This document shows, one piece after another, positions 1-7,781 of a DNA stretch of 24,140 bases. Both the position numbers and the translations under genes were made by a program. Within the stretch, counting starts at the first letter, position 1. Every line of letters begins with the position of its first letter. This DNA is from a virus, in IMG/VR virus record IMGVR_UViG_3300035454_001408, positions 1-24,140 of that record; one strand, written 5' to 3'. The notes under the pieces are model-generated. The model was not told where the DNA came from. It saw only the letters and a program-made list of their open reading frames with translations, and did not search any database.

Positions 1-15
1 TATTGTTGTTTTCAT
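1..15 (-). CDS. Possible 5' start of a gene running off the left edge (MKTTI...)
   Basis: ATG at 15, 32 nt downstream of the first base of a TATA box, the same geometry as the lipoprotein gene. Only 5 codons are visible. Confidence 0.3.
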
Positions 16-39
16 ATTATTATATATTGTTATATGTAA

Positions 40-54
40 TATATAAGTTTTATG
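40..54 (-). promoter_or_regulatory. Archaeal BRE+TATA promoter (CATAAAA-CTTATATA), probably leaderless
   Basis: Purine-rich BRE-like CATAAAA followed by a TTATATA box in an AT-rich region downstream of the late-operon terminator. It matches the 10154-10168 promoter in BRE and spacing. Confidence 0.55.
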
Positions 55-136
55 TTTGATTATATCCTTCCAACATGTGACAATTTGTAACGGTTTCAAG
101 TGTACGGAAAAATCGTAAGGTTCAAAAATTAACGCT

Positions 137-183
137 AAAAAAAGTGGGAGAGAAATAGCCCTATGAAGGCACATTCTCTCCCA
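137..183 (-). terminator. Hairpin + T7 terminator closing the late operon
   Basis: Perfect 10-bp inverted repeat 145-154/174-183 with an inner GCC/GGC stem, followed on the - strand by TTTTTTT (137-143), 34 nt after the lysin stop. Confidence 0.8.
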
Positions 184-216
184 AAATAAATACTTTGCTT
201 ATTGTTTTTAATTTAT

Positions 217-1089
217 TCACGTACGTCCATCATTACTGTTTATCCAATCCTCGTCGATAACAACCGGTTTAGCATAACTACTGCACCAGTAACTCCCTAT
301 ATTATAATCACTACTGGCTGCTGCTGCTAAATCCACATTAACCCAGTTACTCCCCAATTCTTTACCACGGACTTTTAAAATGATGTGTCCTCCAGATTTG
401 CAGGTTACACGGCAATAAAGAGCTTCATAATCCATGTCTTCGGCTACTGCTTTCCCTAACTGGCTGTGGTCGGTGCAGTTGAGGGATTGGTTGTTTGCTA
501 AGCGTTGAATCTCTTGTTGTTGATTATATATATCGTTATAGTATCCCTGCCATGTTTTTGCTTTGATTCGGTTATAATACTCGGTGAAGGTGTTATAGGT
601 GCCTACGGCTTTTTCCACGGCTTGGTGAAATTGCGTTTTATTGGTTTGGAATAGGTTGTAGAGTGTCACATAATTCGGTAGTGCTTTGTTTTCATGGTAC
701 CATGCTAATACCCTGCTAAAAGTGTATATAACATCATAGAATGATAGTTGTCCATATTTAGTGGTGTAAAGTGTTGGAGCATAACCATTACCCTTTATGA
801 AGTTGTTAATCTCCTTGGCTAATTGGACGTAGTCCTGTTTTTGTAGTTGTGCCCCATCCTGGATGTTACCGTTTATTTGTAGGGGGTTAGGGTAACTATC
901 AGTGAGTATATCAAGTGGTTTGGGCTTAGTTAATTCAACAACACTAGCACATACCATTCGTAAGTAGGTGGCCTGGTTTACTTGTAAGCCATTGATTGTG
1001 ATTAATTCTGGTAGGTACTTGTTTCCTCGTATGAAGTTCCTTACATCCACAGATGCCTTTCCGACTTCGGTTATTGTTTTAGTTGCCAT
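217..1089 (-). CDS. pei: Pseudomurein endoisopeptidase (PeiW/PeiP-like endolysin), 290 aa
   Basis: N-terminal pseudomurein-binding-type repeats (e.g. DYVQLAKEINNFIKGNGYAP, VLAWYHENKALPNYVTL). C-terminal transglutaminase-like domain with LNCTD (Cys), GGH (His), WVNVD (Asp) and GKEL, as in PeiW/PeiP. Start moved from the ORF-track 1254 to ATG 1089, which has a GGTGGT RBS. Confidence 0.88.
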   Translation of the reverse strand: MATKTITEVGKASVDVRNFIRGNKYLPELITINGLQVNQATYLRMVCASVVELTKPKPLDILTDSYPNPLQINGNIQDGAQLQKQDYVQLAKEINNFIKGNGYAPTLYTTKYGQLSFYDVIYTFSRVLAWYHENKALPNYVTLYNLFQTNKTQFHQAVEKAVGTYNTFTEYYNRIKAKTWQGYYNDIYNQQQEIQRLANNQSLNCTDHSQLGKAVAEDMDYEALYCRVTCKSGGHIILKVRGKELGSNWVNVDLAAAASSDYNIGSYWCSSYAKPVVIDEDWINSNDGRT

Positions 1090-1201
1090 GATTACCACCA
1101 ACACGGCCAAACGGGGGGAACACCCCATCCTTCTGTTTATCCTCAAGTAGTCTTTGGCAGTAATCCGTAAAAGTAGGCCATTCTGCGTTAAATTCTGGCA
1201 T
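1079..1201 (-). CDS. 40-aa ORF MPEFNAEWPTFTDYCQRLLEDKQKDGVFPPFGRVGGNHGN, resembling one PeiW/PeiP-type binding repeat; possible frameshift leader of the lysin
   Basis: Not in the ORF track. ATG 3 nt after the upstream stop, with a GGGGTG RBS. It fills the 115-nt gap exactly and overlaps the lysin start. Confidence 0.55.
   Translation of the reverse strand: MPEFNAEWPTFTDYCQRLLEDKQKDGVFPPFGRVGGNHGN
1112..1126 (-). other. Candidate +1 frameshift site GGG GTG TTC CCC CCG (SD-like hexamer, 3-nt spacer, CCC-C)
   Basis: C6 run (G6 at 1113-1118 on +). A +1 shift joins the 40-aa ORF to the lysin frame with no intervening stop. Confidence 0.35.
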
Positions 1202-1204
1202 AAT

Positions 1205-2626
1205 TTACACCCCATACTTCCCACGGGTGCGATTATACACTTCAACAACCTCATCCGTGGATAATGCTTTGTTCAAAATAGCAACTTCACCAATATCTCC
1301 TTTGAATTTCTCATTAACATCTCCACTTCGCCCTCCCAGTAACATATCCCAAACTACAACCTGGGAACCAACATCAAAAAATGGAACTGAACCGGGTTGA
1401 GAATTACAGTATAATTTCACATATTGCCCATCGTACGTTGCAGTAATCATCATGAAACTATTTTTGATTAATAACCCATCACTTTCTTTAATCTGCGTCC
1501 GTGTGTTGATTGTCCCATTCCCATTCGTTCCAGCCATCAGCACATATAAAGAAGGGTTGCCTGATTTTTGATAAAAAATTAAGAACATTTGGCTGTATGA
1601 AGTGGTCGATATAACTTGGGAATATGATCGATCCATTTCGGAGGGAAGGTATGTCGTTCTAATCCACAAATTGATTGTAAACTCCTCATCCCGCACAAAA
1701 CGGTATAACTTATTTGACGCCGGACTGGTTACAGCAAATATGGAATATATTGTGTTTTCATCAATTACACATATTCCTTCACACTCGTTACAAAATGAAG
1801 GATATTTGCAAAGTATTTCTTTGATCGCCCCCGTTTTAGCAAGACGGTATAATGTGTTGGCTGAGGAAATATAAATGTCCCCATCATAATAATCAATTCC
1901 TTGATTTCCATAAAGGGATGGGATTGTTATGTCCCCTTGAAAGCTAAAATCCGATAGACTATATGATTGTATAGTTGTGGTGGTGCAGTATGGTAAAATG
2001 TAGATTAACCCATCATCTGGGTTCACTGCAACCCCCGTCACGTCTTTTCCTTGTGCTGATACGTCATGACTTTCAATATAAGATAAATCTGATGCGTTGA
2101 ATGTTGATATTTTCTGATCGCTGAATGTTGTGCAGTTTGTGTATGTTTCTGTGACAACATAAATTAAACCGTTATAATAATCAATATCCCCCACATGGTT
2201 CCCCCCAGTGTGGTCATTGATTGTTGCATGTTCTGCTACGATATTGAAATTTGCATCATATTTTCGGAGGAACATGTCATGTGAGGCATACCAATATGTG
2301 CTATCGAAAGTAATGCCCTGGTGCATTCCAATGTCTTTGATAAGCCCATCGTATTTGAAAGGATAAAGGTAATTTACATTCTGCCCACTCGGCATTATAA
2401 CATTCCCTGCTCCTGCGAATGTTTTAACATTCTTCCCAAGGTATGTGGTATCTGTTACTGTCCCGTTTTTGGTTGCGTTGTTGTTGTATCCTGACTTGTC
2501 TTGTAATATTGTTGGTTGTCCTGTGGGTTCCATGTCGTAGTAGACTTGTAAATGTTTTCTGAGTGATTCGGGGAAATCAGTCCCTTTTTTGTGCCGTGTT
2601 AGGGCTTTAGTTTTTGCCCCTAACAT
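1205..2626 (-). CDS. Receptor-binding/tail-appendage protein: LamG/ConA-like domain split by an inserted beta-propeller, 473 aa
   Basis: LamG-type N-part (YYDME...QDKSGYNNNAT) and C-part (FTINLWI, ITATYDGQYVKLY, FKGDIGEVAILNKALSTDEV) flank repeated blade motifs (QGITFD, GDIDYYNGLIY, QGIDYYDGDIY, ECEGI). Confidence 0.7.
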   Translation of the reverse strand: MLGAKTKALTRHKKGTDFPESLRKHLQVYYDMEPTGQPTILQDKSGYNNNATKNGTVTDTTYLGKNVKTFAGAGNVIMPSGQNVNYLYPFKYDGLIKDIGMHQGITFDSTYWYASHDMFLRKYDANFNIVAEHATINDHTGGNHVGDIDYYNGLIYVVTETYTNCTTFSDQKISTFNASDLSYIESHDVSAQGKDVTGVAVNPDDGLIYILPYCTTTTIQSYSLSDFSFQGDITIPSLYGNQGIDYYDGDIYISSANTLYRLAKTGAIKEILCKYPSFCNECEGICVIDENTIYSIFAVTSPASNKLYRFVRDEEFTINLWIRTTYLPSEMDRSYSQVISTTSYSQMFLIFYQKSGNPSLYVLMAGTNGNGTINTRTQIKESDGLLIKNSFMMITATYDGQYVKLYCNSQPGSVPFFDVGSQVVVWDMLLGGRSGDVNEKFKGDIGEVAILNKALSTDEVVEVYNRTRGKYGV

Positions 2627-2628
2627 TT

Positions 2629-3258
2629 TTATTCCCTCATGAATTTGAAATCAATATTAAGGTCGGTTGCAGCTACAAAATCAGGAGTACCTGGACAGAC
2701 TATTGCAGCATACAAGTTTTTACTGGCTGCTCCGGATTGTACTATCTGATCCAGTCCATCAACACGTGCCACGTACACCCCCCCGATTAGGGTGTAATTT
2801 GAGGCATAGACGGGTATGTGTCCAATTACCTTTGGCACGTCATCAGCATGTAACACGGCCGTATCACCATCAGTAAAAGTCGAGGCGGCTGGTGTAGCGT
2901 TGAATACGAGTATTTCAAGGGCAGGTTTTTGTGTTCCACTTCCATCCTTGATTAGTAATTCTTTCAGGTAGCCGGTTCCTCCATTCTCCCTCATCGCATC
3001 AGTAAGGGTAAGAACTCCACCAACACAATCATTGGCTGTGTAAGCGGCGGTTGCTACGGTTATTGTGGGACTTACTATTTTGCTTTGTGGTGTTAGTACG
3101 TGCACAGGGTCTGTCGCCGTCCCCGCCGACTGTGCCACACCAGACTCATTCACAGGATAACTTATCAATCCATTTAAACCGGGTGTAACGGGGGTTACGT
3201 GTACCATGTCGAAAAATTCTGTCCCTGTTAGTCTTCCTCTAATTTCTACTACGTTCAT
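2629..3258 (-). CDS. Virion structural beta-sandwich protein (tail tip/appendage), 209 aa
   Basis: Beta-rich sequence in the tail module. Start moved to ATG 3258 with an AGGAG RBS; the ORF-track extension MDYFFRRHKK spans a T-tract. Confidence 0.6.
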   Translation of the reverse strand: MNVVEIRGRLTGTEFFDMVHVTPVTPGLNGLISYPVNESGVAQSAGTATDPVHVLTPQSKIVSPTITVATAAYTANDCVGGVLTLTDAMRENGGTGYLKELLIKDGSGTQKPALEILVFNATPAASTFTDGDTAVLHADDVPKVIGHIPVYASNYTLIGGVYVARVDGLDQIVQSGAASKNLYAAIVCPGTPDFVAATDLNIDFKFMRE

Positions 3259-3301
3259 TTTTTTGTGTCTCCTAAAAAAATAGTCCATACCAACTCAACC
3301 G

Positions 3302-3360
3302 TCCCCAGTAACATTGGGGATTTAAGAACAATAAAACAAAAAGAGATAATTTAAAAAAAA
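3302..3360 (-). terminator. T-tracts plus 6-bp hairpin after the 262-aa gene
   Basis: T8 on - (3353-3360), further T-runs, and TCCCCA-N7-TGGGGA at 3302-3320. Confidence 0.45.
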
Positions 3361-3371
3361 GGTGAAAGTAA

Positions 3372-4160
3372 TTAAATAAGTTGATAAGTCACACTCTTAA
3401 ATGGAACCTCAACTGGCCCCACGGCAACCCAATCAATATTAACCGTTCCAGTGTAAAGGGAACCAGCACCATCCATATGCCTACTATATACACTACAACC
3501 CGTCACAGTCTTATTAATAGGAGTAGCCACATGATCCTGGTGCAAACTCTGAGTATAAACCTTTGGAGTAGCAGCAAAGGTCACATTAAATGTAACACTG
3601 CCTGTGGAGGCGGCCGTGTTACTGTACGTGTTGGTGATGGTTCCACAATCCTCAACCATCATAAGCGGGGTTCCAACAACATCCACATAGTCCAAAGCCC
3701 CTAACACCGTGTTCCGGGGTATTGACTCCAATTGGAGGTAGTCTAGTTTAACCGTACTTGCTCCTGCGTGTTGTCCTGTTTGAACTATTATCTGATATTC
3801 ACTGGTTGGGTAGAAAAGCACAGTGTATAATGAGCCGGTGTTTAAAAAGTCCCCTCCGTAAAAGTATGTTAATGTGTCTTCTAATATTCCATCACGGTAA
3901 ATTAGGATTTCAATGTCTAAGTTTCCAAGGTTATTTGTGGTCCAGTATAGTTTGAGTGCATAAAAACCGGCTAATTCTCCTTTACTTATGATTCCGGTGT
4001 CCATCATGGGTGTTTTGGCTTGGCGGTAAACAACTATGCAGTTGTCATCTGTGAAGTCGGAGTCCCACTCCTCAGTGGCGTAGGCTGTCTTGTAGGTCAA
4101 TGCGTCGAACTTTTTAGCATGGTTTTGTGGTAGACCTGTGCTGTACTCTATAATACTCAT
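3372..4160 (-). CDS. Tail fibre-like protein: N-terminal CBM-like sandwich plus C-terminal gp53-like/H-type-lectin-like domain, 262 aa
   Basis: C-terminal pattern VTFNVTFAATPKVY...TVTGCSVY...IDWVAVG; AGAGGT RBS. Confidence 0.6.
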   Translation of the reverse strand: MSIIEYSTGLPQNHAKKFDALTYKTAYATEEWDSDFTDDNCIVVYRQAKTPMMDTGIISKGELAGFYALKLYWTTNNLGNLDIEILIYRDGILEDTLTYFYGGDFLNTGSLYTVLFYPTSEYQIIVQTGQHAGASTVKLDYLQLESIPRNTVLGALDYVDVVGTPLMMVEDCGTITNTYSNTAASTGSVTFNVTFAATPKVYTQSLHQDHVATPINKTVTGCSVYSRHMDGAGSLYTGTVNIDWVAVGPVEVPFKSVTYQLI

Positions 4161-4172
4161 AAAAATAAACCT

Positions 4173-5528
4173 CTATACTTCGTATTTTACTTCCGACCAG
4201 TTCCATTGAGTGATATAGTCGTCAGTAGATGTGGTGGTTATTACTTCCCGCAGTCCATCGAATTTGTCCAATCCACTGTATCCTAAACGGCTGATTCCCT
4301 TAGCATTCAATGGCACTGCGTTGGTTGTTGTGGGGTAGTCGCCGTAACGGTTGTGGGTTAAATCTGTGTAGGTCATGTCTCGCCAATTTGTGGGGGTGGT
4401 GTATTGGATGTAAAGGTCATCATCTGCGGGTGTGGCTGAGGGGATGGTTGTCACGTTATAACTGCTACTGCCTGCCTGTGTGCTGATAGCGAAGTTGTCA
4501 AATGTTGGTTCAACTGCATTGTAACTTCCCCAATTACTTGCAAACATCCCCACATGAGTTGGGACGAACCCAAGACTATTGGTACTATACAAATATGACC
4601 ATCCAGTACCAGTGGTACTGTAATAAAAATAGTATGTTCCATTGATGTATGCGATTAAGAAGTGCATAGGTAGAGTGGTGCTGGTTACTGTTGCCACACC
4701 CCCTGTGTATACATTGTTAACTATTTTGTTAAGCTGGAACCGGTTTGTTGATGCCCCATCGTCCCTCCTTCGACCAATCATCCAAACGTTGTCACGGTTT
4801 TTATATAACATTGCCCCTGCTACTGTCTGGTTGTTTACGGTGTAACTGTTCATTGTTACACTGGCAACCCAATCCCCACTACTTGGGATAGGGGTGTAAG
4901 CTATTGGGGCGTTGTGTGTTGCTGCATCCCATAATCCATTAACTCCCCCACTTACAGATATATTAAGAGTTGTGGTTTCTCCAACACTTCCAGCGGGGGT
5001 TGATACTGTCCAGTTGGCACCGATACTGGCATCGTTGAAGTTATCTGTGAAATGGTAACGGTGGGTTAGTGTTAATGTTTCATAGTTGCTGTAACGGACT
5101 GGGAGGTTCACTCTTAACTTCCCCGCATTTCCAGTACCTGTTTCTACGGTTAGGGGGGCTGTGCATGCACTTTGTGTGAGGTCAAACCCCACCACCTCAG
5201 TGGTTCCAGGGCTGGTGGCTGTGGTGAATAATTGTTCCCCAACCAGTTCTTCCCCTCCATTGTTTAAACCGTAGAGTTGGAGTAGTGTTTCGTATTCAAC
5301 CGGACTGGCTTCGGTGTACCGGTATAATTCGTTTTTCCAGCTTGTCCATAGAACGTTGCGTGATTCTAGGGGGAAATGGGTTTTTATAGTAGTTCCTTCC
5401 ACGACGGTGGGGGAGGCCATCATTGGTGTAAAGAGTAGGTTATCTCCATCGCTTGCCACGTACCCTGTTGGGGTTGTGGAAGGGTCTGCCATGTCACTAC
5501 CAGTATACTTGTATGTTCGTGTAACCAT
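4173..5528 (-). CDS. Tail-tip protein with central ConA-like lectin/glycoside-hydrolase-associated beta-sandwich, 451 aa
   Basis: FTDNFNDASIGANW...QTVAGAML...YFYYSTTGTGW...HVGMFASNW...PTFDNF is a ConA-like pattern. It follows the hub gene; AGGAG RBS. Confidence 0.6.
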   Translation of the reverse strand: MVTRTYKYTGSDMADPSTTPTGYVASDGDNLLFTPMMASPTVVEGTTIKTHFPLESRNVLWTSWKNELYRYTEASPVEYETLLQLYGLNNGGEELVGEQLFTTATSPGTTEVVGFDLTQSACTAPLTVETGTGNAGKLRVNLPVRYSNYETLTLTHRYHFTDNFNDASIGANWTVSTPAGSVGETTTLNISVSGGVNGLWDAATHNAPIAYTPIPSSGDWVASVTMNSYTVNNQTVAGAMLYKNRDNVWMIGRRRDDGASTNRFQLNKIVNNVYTGGVATVTSTTLPMHFLIAYINGTYYFYYSTTGTGWSYLYSTNSLGFVPTHVGMFASNWGSYNAVEPTFDNFAISTQAGSSSYNVTTIPSATPADDDLYIQYTTPTNWRDMTYTDLTHNRYGDYPTTTNAVPLNAKGISRLGYSGLDKFDGLREVITTTSTDDYITQWNWSEVKYEV

Positions 5529-5542
5529 CCTTTTTCCACTCC

Positions 5543-7780
5543 TTATAATGGGCTGAATGCTCCGTATCCTGCTATTCCGAGTCGTTCACTGCTAACGTTA
5601 CGGTAGATTGTTTGTGCGTTACGTGTTCCAAGGTTTTTAAGGTCGCTGCGTGTGCTTCTTATCCAGTTACGGAACCGGCTGCTGCTTCGACCAAAATCAA
5701 CCTTTGTGGTGTATTTTGGGCTGCTGTCCTGATCATAATTGTGGGTGATTGTTTTAACTTGGTAATCTCCTACAATCCTCCGTCTTGGTAAGTTAACGTT
5801 ACAATATTGTAGTGGGAGTAATCCCCCATCTCCAAGAATGTTAAGGGTGAATCCGAGGCGGGGGTGTTTGTTGTTTTCCACCCAGTTCTTTGCTTCGAGT
5901 GTTGCATCATTATTGTTGTCTAAGTCATCCATGAACTCATGAACTTGTACGAGGCGGTAATGGTCTTGTATGTCGAAGTCTTGGTAAGTTACGTTGCGGT
6001 AATTGTTGTTTGCATCATTGTAGGTTATGTGGCGGTTGTTTCCAAAGTCCTCATTGGGTGGGTCGTATTCAAAGCCGTCGAAGGTTATGAGGTTGTTTCC
6101 TTCGTCAATTACGGTGGTGCTGGTTGTCCATAATTCTGGCATTACAACTAAGGAGTCTTCACTACGACTATCACCGTATTCCACGTAGGCTGCATGGTTT
6201 GTTCTTTCACACAATTGTTGTATTTCCTCAAATATTGTTTTAACATCTTGTGATGCGTATTTACTAGCGTGGTTGATTTCTTTGTAGGCTCCAATGTTGT
6301 CTATCCACACCCCACTGCTATACCTGCTACCTGTTTCTGTTTTGGTTACTGTGCCGGTTAGTTCTATTTTACTCACGTAATAGTTAGTTGTCCGTGAGGG
6401 GTTGAGATAATTGTTTAATAAGTTTTTGAGGTTTATCTGGAAGCGTTGGAACTCCCCATTTTTAACCACTCTCACATTTCCAATAGTTCGGCTGTCTGTG
6501 CCCCCGGTGAAATGGACATTGTATACTACTGCATTGTTTATTGTTTCTCCAGTCTTATGGACTGTGAAGTGCACGTTGAATTTGAGCGGGTTTCGTGCTG
6601 TGCTGCCCCCAAAATAGTAGTCCATAGTAAACCGGTCATAAGTCATGGCATCATAAGGATTACTGGGATCGTAGTAAAGTATAGCGGTTGCAGATCCGAT
6701 GTTTTTGTCTACGTAGAGTTTCATTGATGGTTTGGGGTTGCCATGTTGTGTGTCTAAATCTTTACCCCACGTTGTGACTGGTATAGCATTGTAAGTTCCA
6801 CTGTCCCCCATGTTTTTGTAGAATGCGTAGTCGTGGGGTACGTTGAATGCAGGAATGGGGTAGTCTGCTACTGTGGAGAGGTATCTGGTTAATTCATATA
6901 CACTGCTGAAAGGTGTGAATGGTTCGTTGTTGCTGTCGCTCCCTGTGCCTCCTGCTATGCTGAAATTTTGGAATATACATTGCCGTTCTAAGTCGTAAAG
7001 TGTGTCTAATCCTTCGATGGTCAATGTTTCATCGTCACCATTATATCCTGTTAAGTATCCTCCGTAGACTGCACGGGTGTTGTTTGCTTTATTCCCCAGC
7101 CAGATGGTGATTGGGTCGTCGAAGTGGAATTTTAGTATGCTGTTCCCATAATCATAATCAGCATAATACTTTTCACCCATCACCATGTCCATGCTGAGTT
7201 TGTTTAACTCCGTTACGCTGTTTTGGGTGAACTCTAAGTTGGTGAAATCCAGCCGTTGTCTGCTTTTATACTTGTTTGCCCGATTGTCCCCTTCAAAACG
7301 GGTTATTGGGGTTATCACAAATTTACCAACATATCCACTTTTAGTCATGCTGATTTTGAAGGTGTGAGAACCTTGAGTATAATATCGTGGTTTGTATTCC
7401 ACCCAACTAGTATGAGGCCAAGGACTGTTCAGTGTGTTATAGTCTTCTATGGCTGTTGTGCCATCGTATAATTGGAAGCCTCCGGTGTATCTTGGGTTTT
7501 GGTAGGTGGATATGTTGATAATATAGTACCCATCATAAGGGAGAGTTATTGTTTTGGTTAAATCCCCACTGGTATTAGTATTTTGAAGGTCAAGGCCAAC
7601 CCATCGTCGGCCATCTTTAAAGTGGTTGTAATTGTTGAATGTGACACTCCGTGTCCACGTGTCCAACCAGTAGCTTTTAATGTTTTCATGGTCTTTTACG
7701 TCCACCCTTACTTTGAGATAAGGATCATCAACTATCCGTAAAGAGGGATGGATTTTTGTGGGGATGTTGGTTTCTGCCAT
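5543..7780 (-). CDS. Baseplate hub (Tal/gp27-like) with two inserted CBM-like domains, 745 aa
   Basis: Hub-like segments (VYGGYLTGYNGDDETLTIEGLDTLYDL; GDYQVKTITHNY...TTKVDFG) are interrupted by beta-sandwiches ending GSHTFKISM and VWIDNIGAY. Second gene after the TMP. Confidence 0.6.
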   Translation of the reverse strand: MAETNIPTKIHPSLRIVDDPYLKVRVDVKDHENIKSYWLDTWTRSVTFNNYNHFKDGRRWVGLDLQNTNTSGDLTKTITLPYDGYYIINISTYQNPRYTGGFQLYDGTTAIEDYNTLNSPWPHTSWVEYKPRYYTQGSHTFKISMTKSGYVGKFVITPITRFEGDNRANKYKSRQRLDFTNLEFTQNSVTELNKLSMDMVMGEKYYADYDYGNSILKFHFDDPITIWLGNKANNTRAVYGGYLTGYNGDDETLTIEGLDTLYDLERQCIFQNFSIAGGTGSDSNNEPFTPFSSVYELTRYLSTVADYPIPAFNVPHDYAFYKNMGDSGTYNAIPVTTWGKDLDTQHGNPKPSMKLYVDKNIGSATAILYYDPSNPYDAMTYDRFTMDYYFGGSTARNPLKFNVHFTVHKTGETINNAVVYNVHFTGGTDSRTIGNVRVVKNGEFQRFQINLKNLLNNYLNPSRTTNYYVSKIELTGTVTKTETGSRYSSGVWIDNIGAYKEINHASKYASQDVKTIFEEIQQLCERTNHAAYVEYGDSRSEDSLVVMPELWTTSTTVIDEGNNLITFDGFEYDPPNEDFGNNRHITYNDANNNYRNVTYQDFDIQDHYRLVQVHEFMDDLDNNNDATLEAKNWVENNKHPRLGFTLNILGDGGLLPLQYCNVNLPRRRIVGDYQVKTITHNYDQDSSPKYTTKVDFGRSSSRFRNWIRSTRSDLKNLGTRNAQTIYRNVSSERLGIAGYGAFSPL

Positions 7781-7781
7781 C

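Noticed and set aside
1090-1254. ORF-track 55-aa N-terminal extension of the lysin (MRLLKC...)
   Set aside because: It overlaps the upstream gene out of frame and has no RBS, while ATG 1089 has a clear RBS. Only the last few codons matter, and only under the frameshift model.
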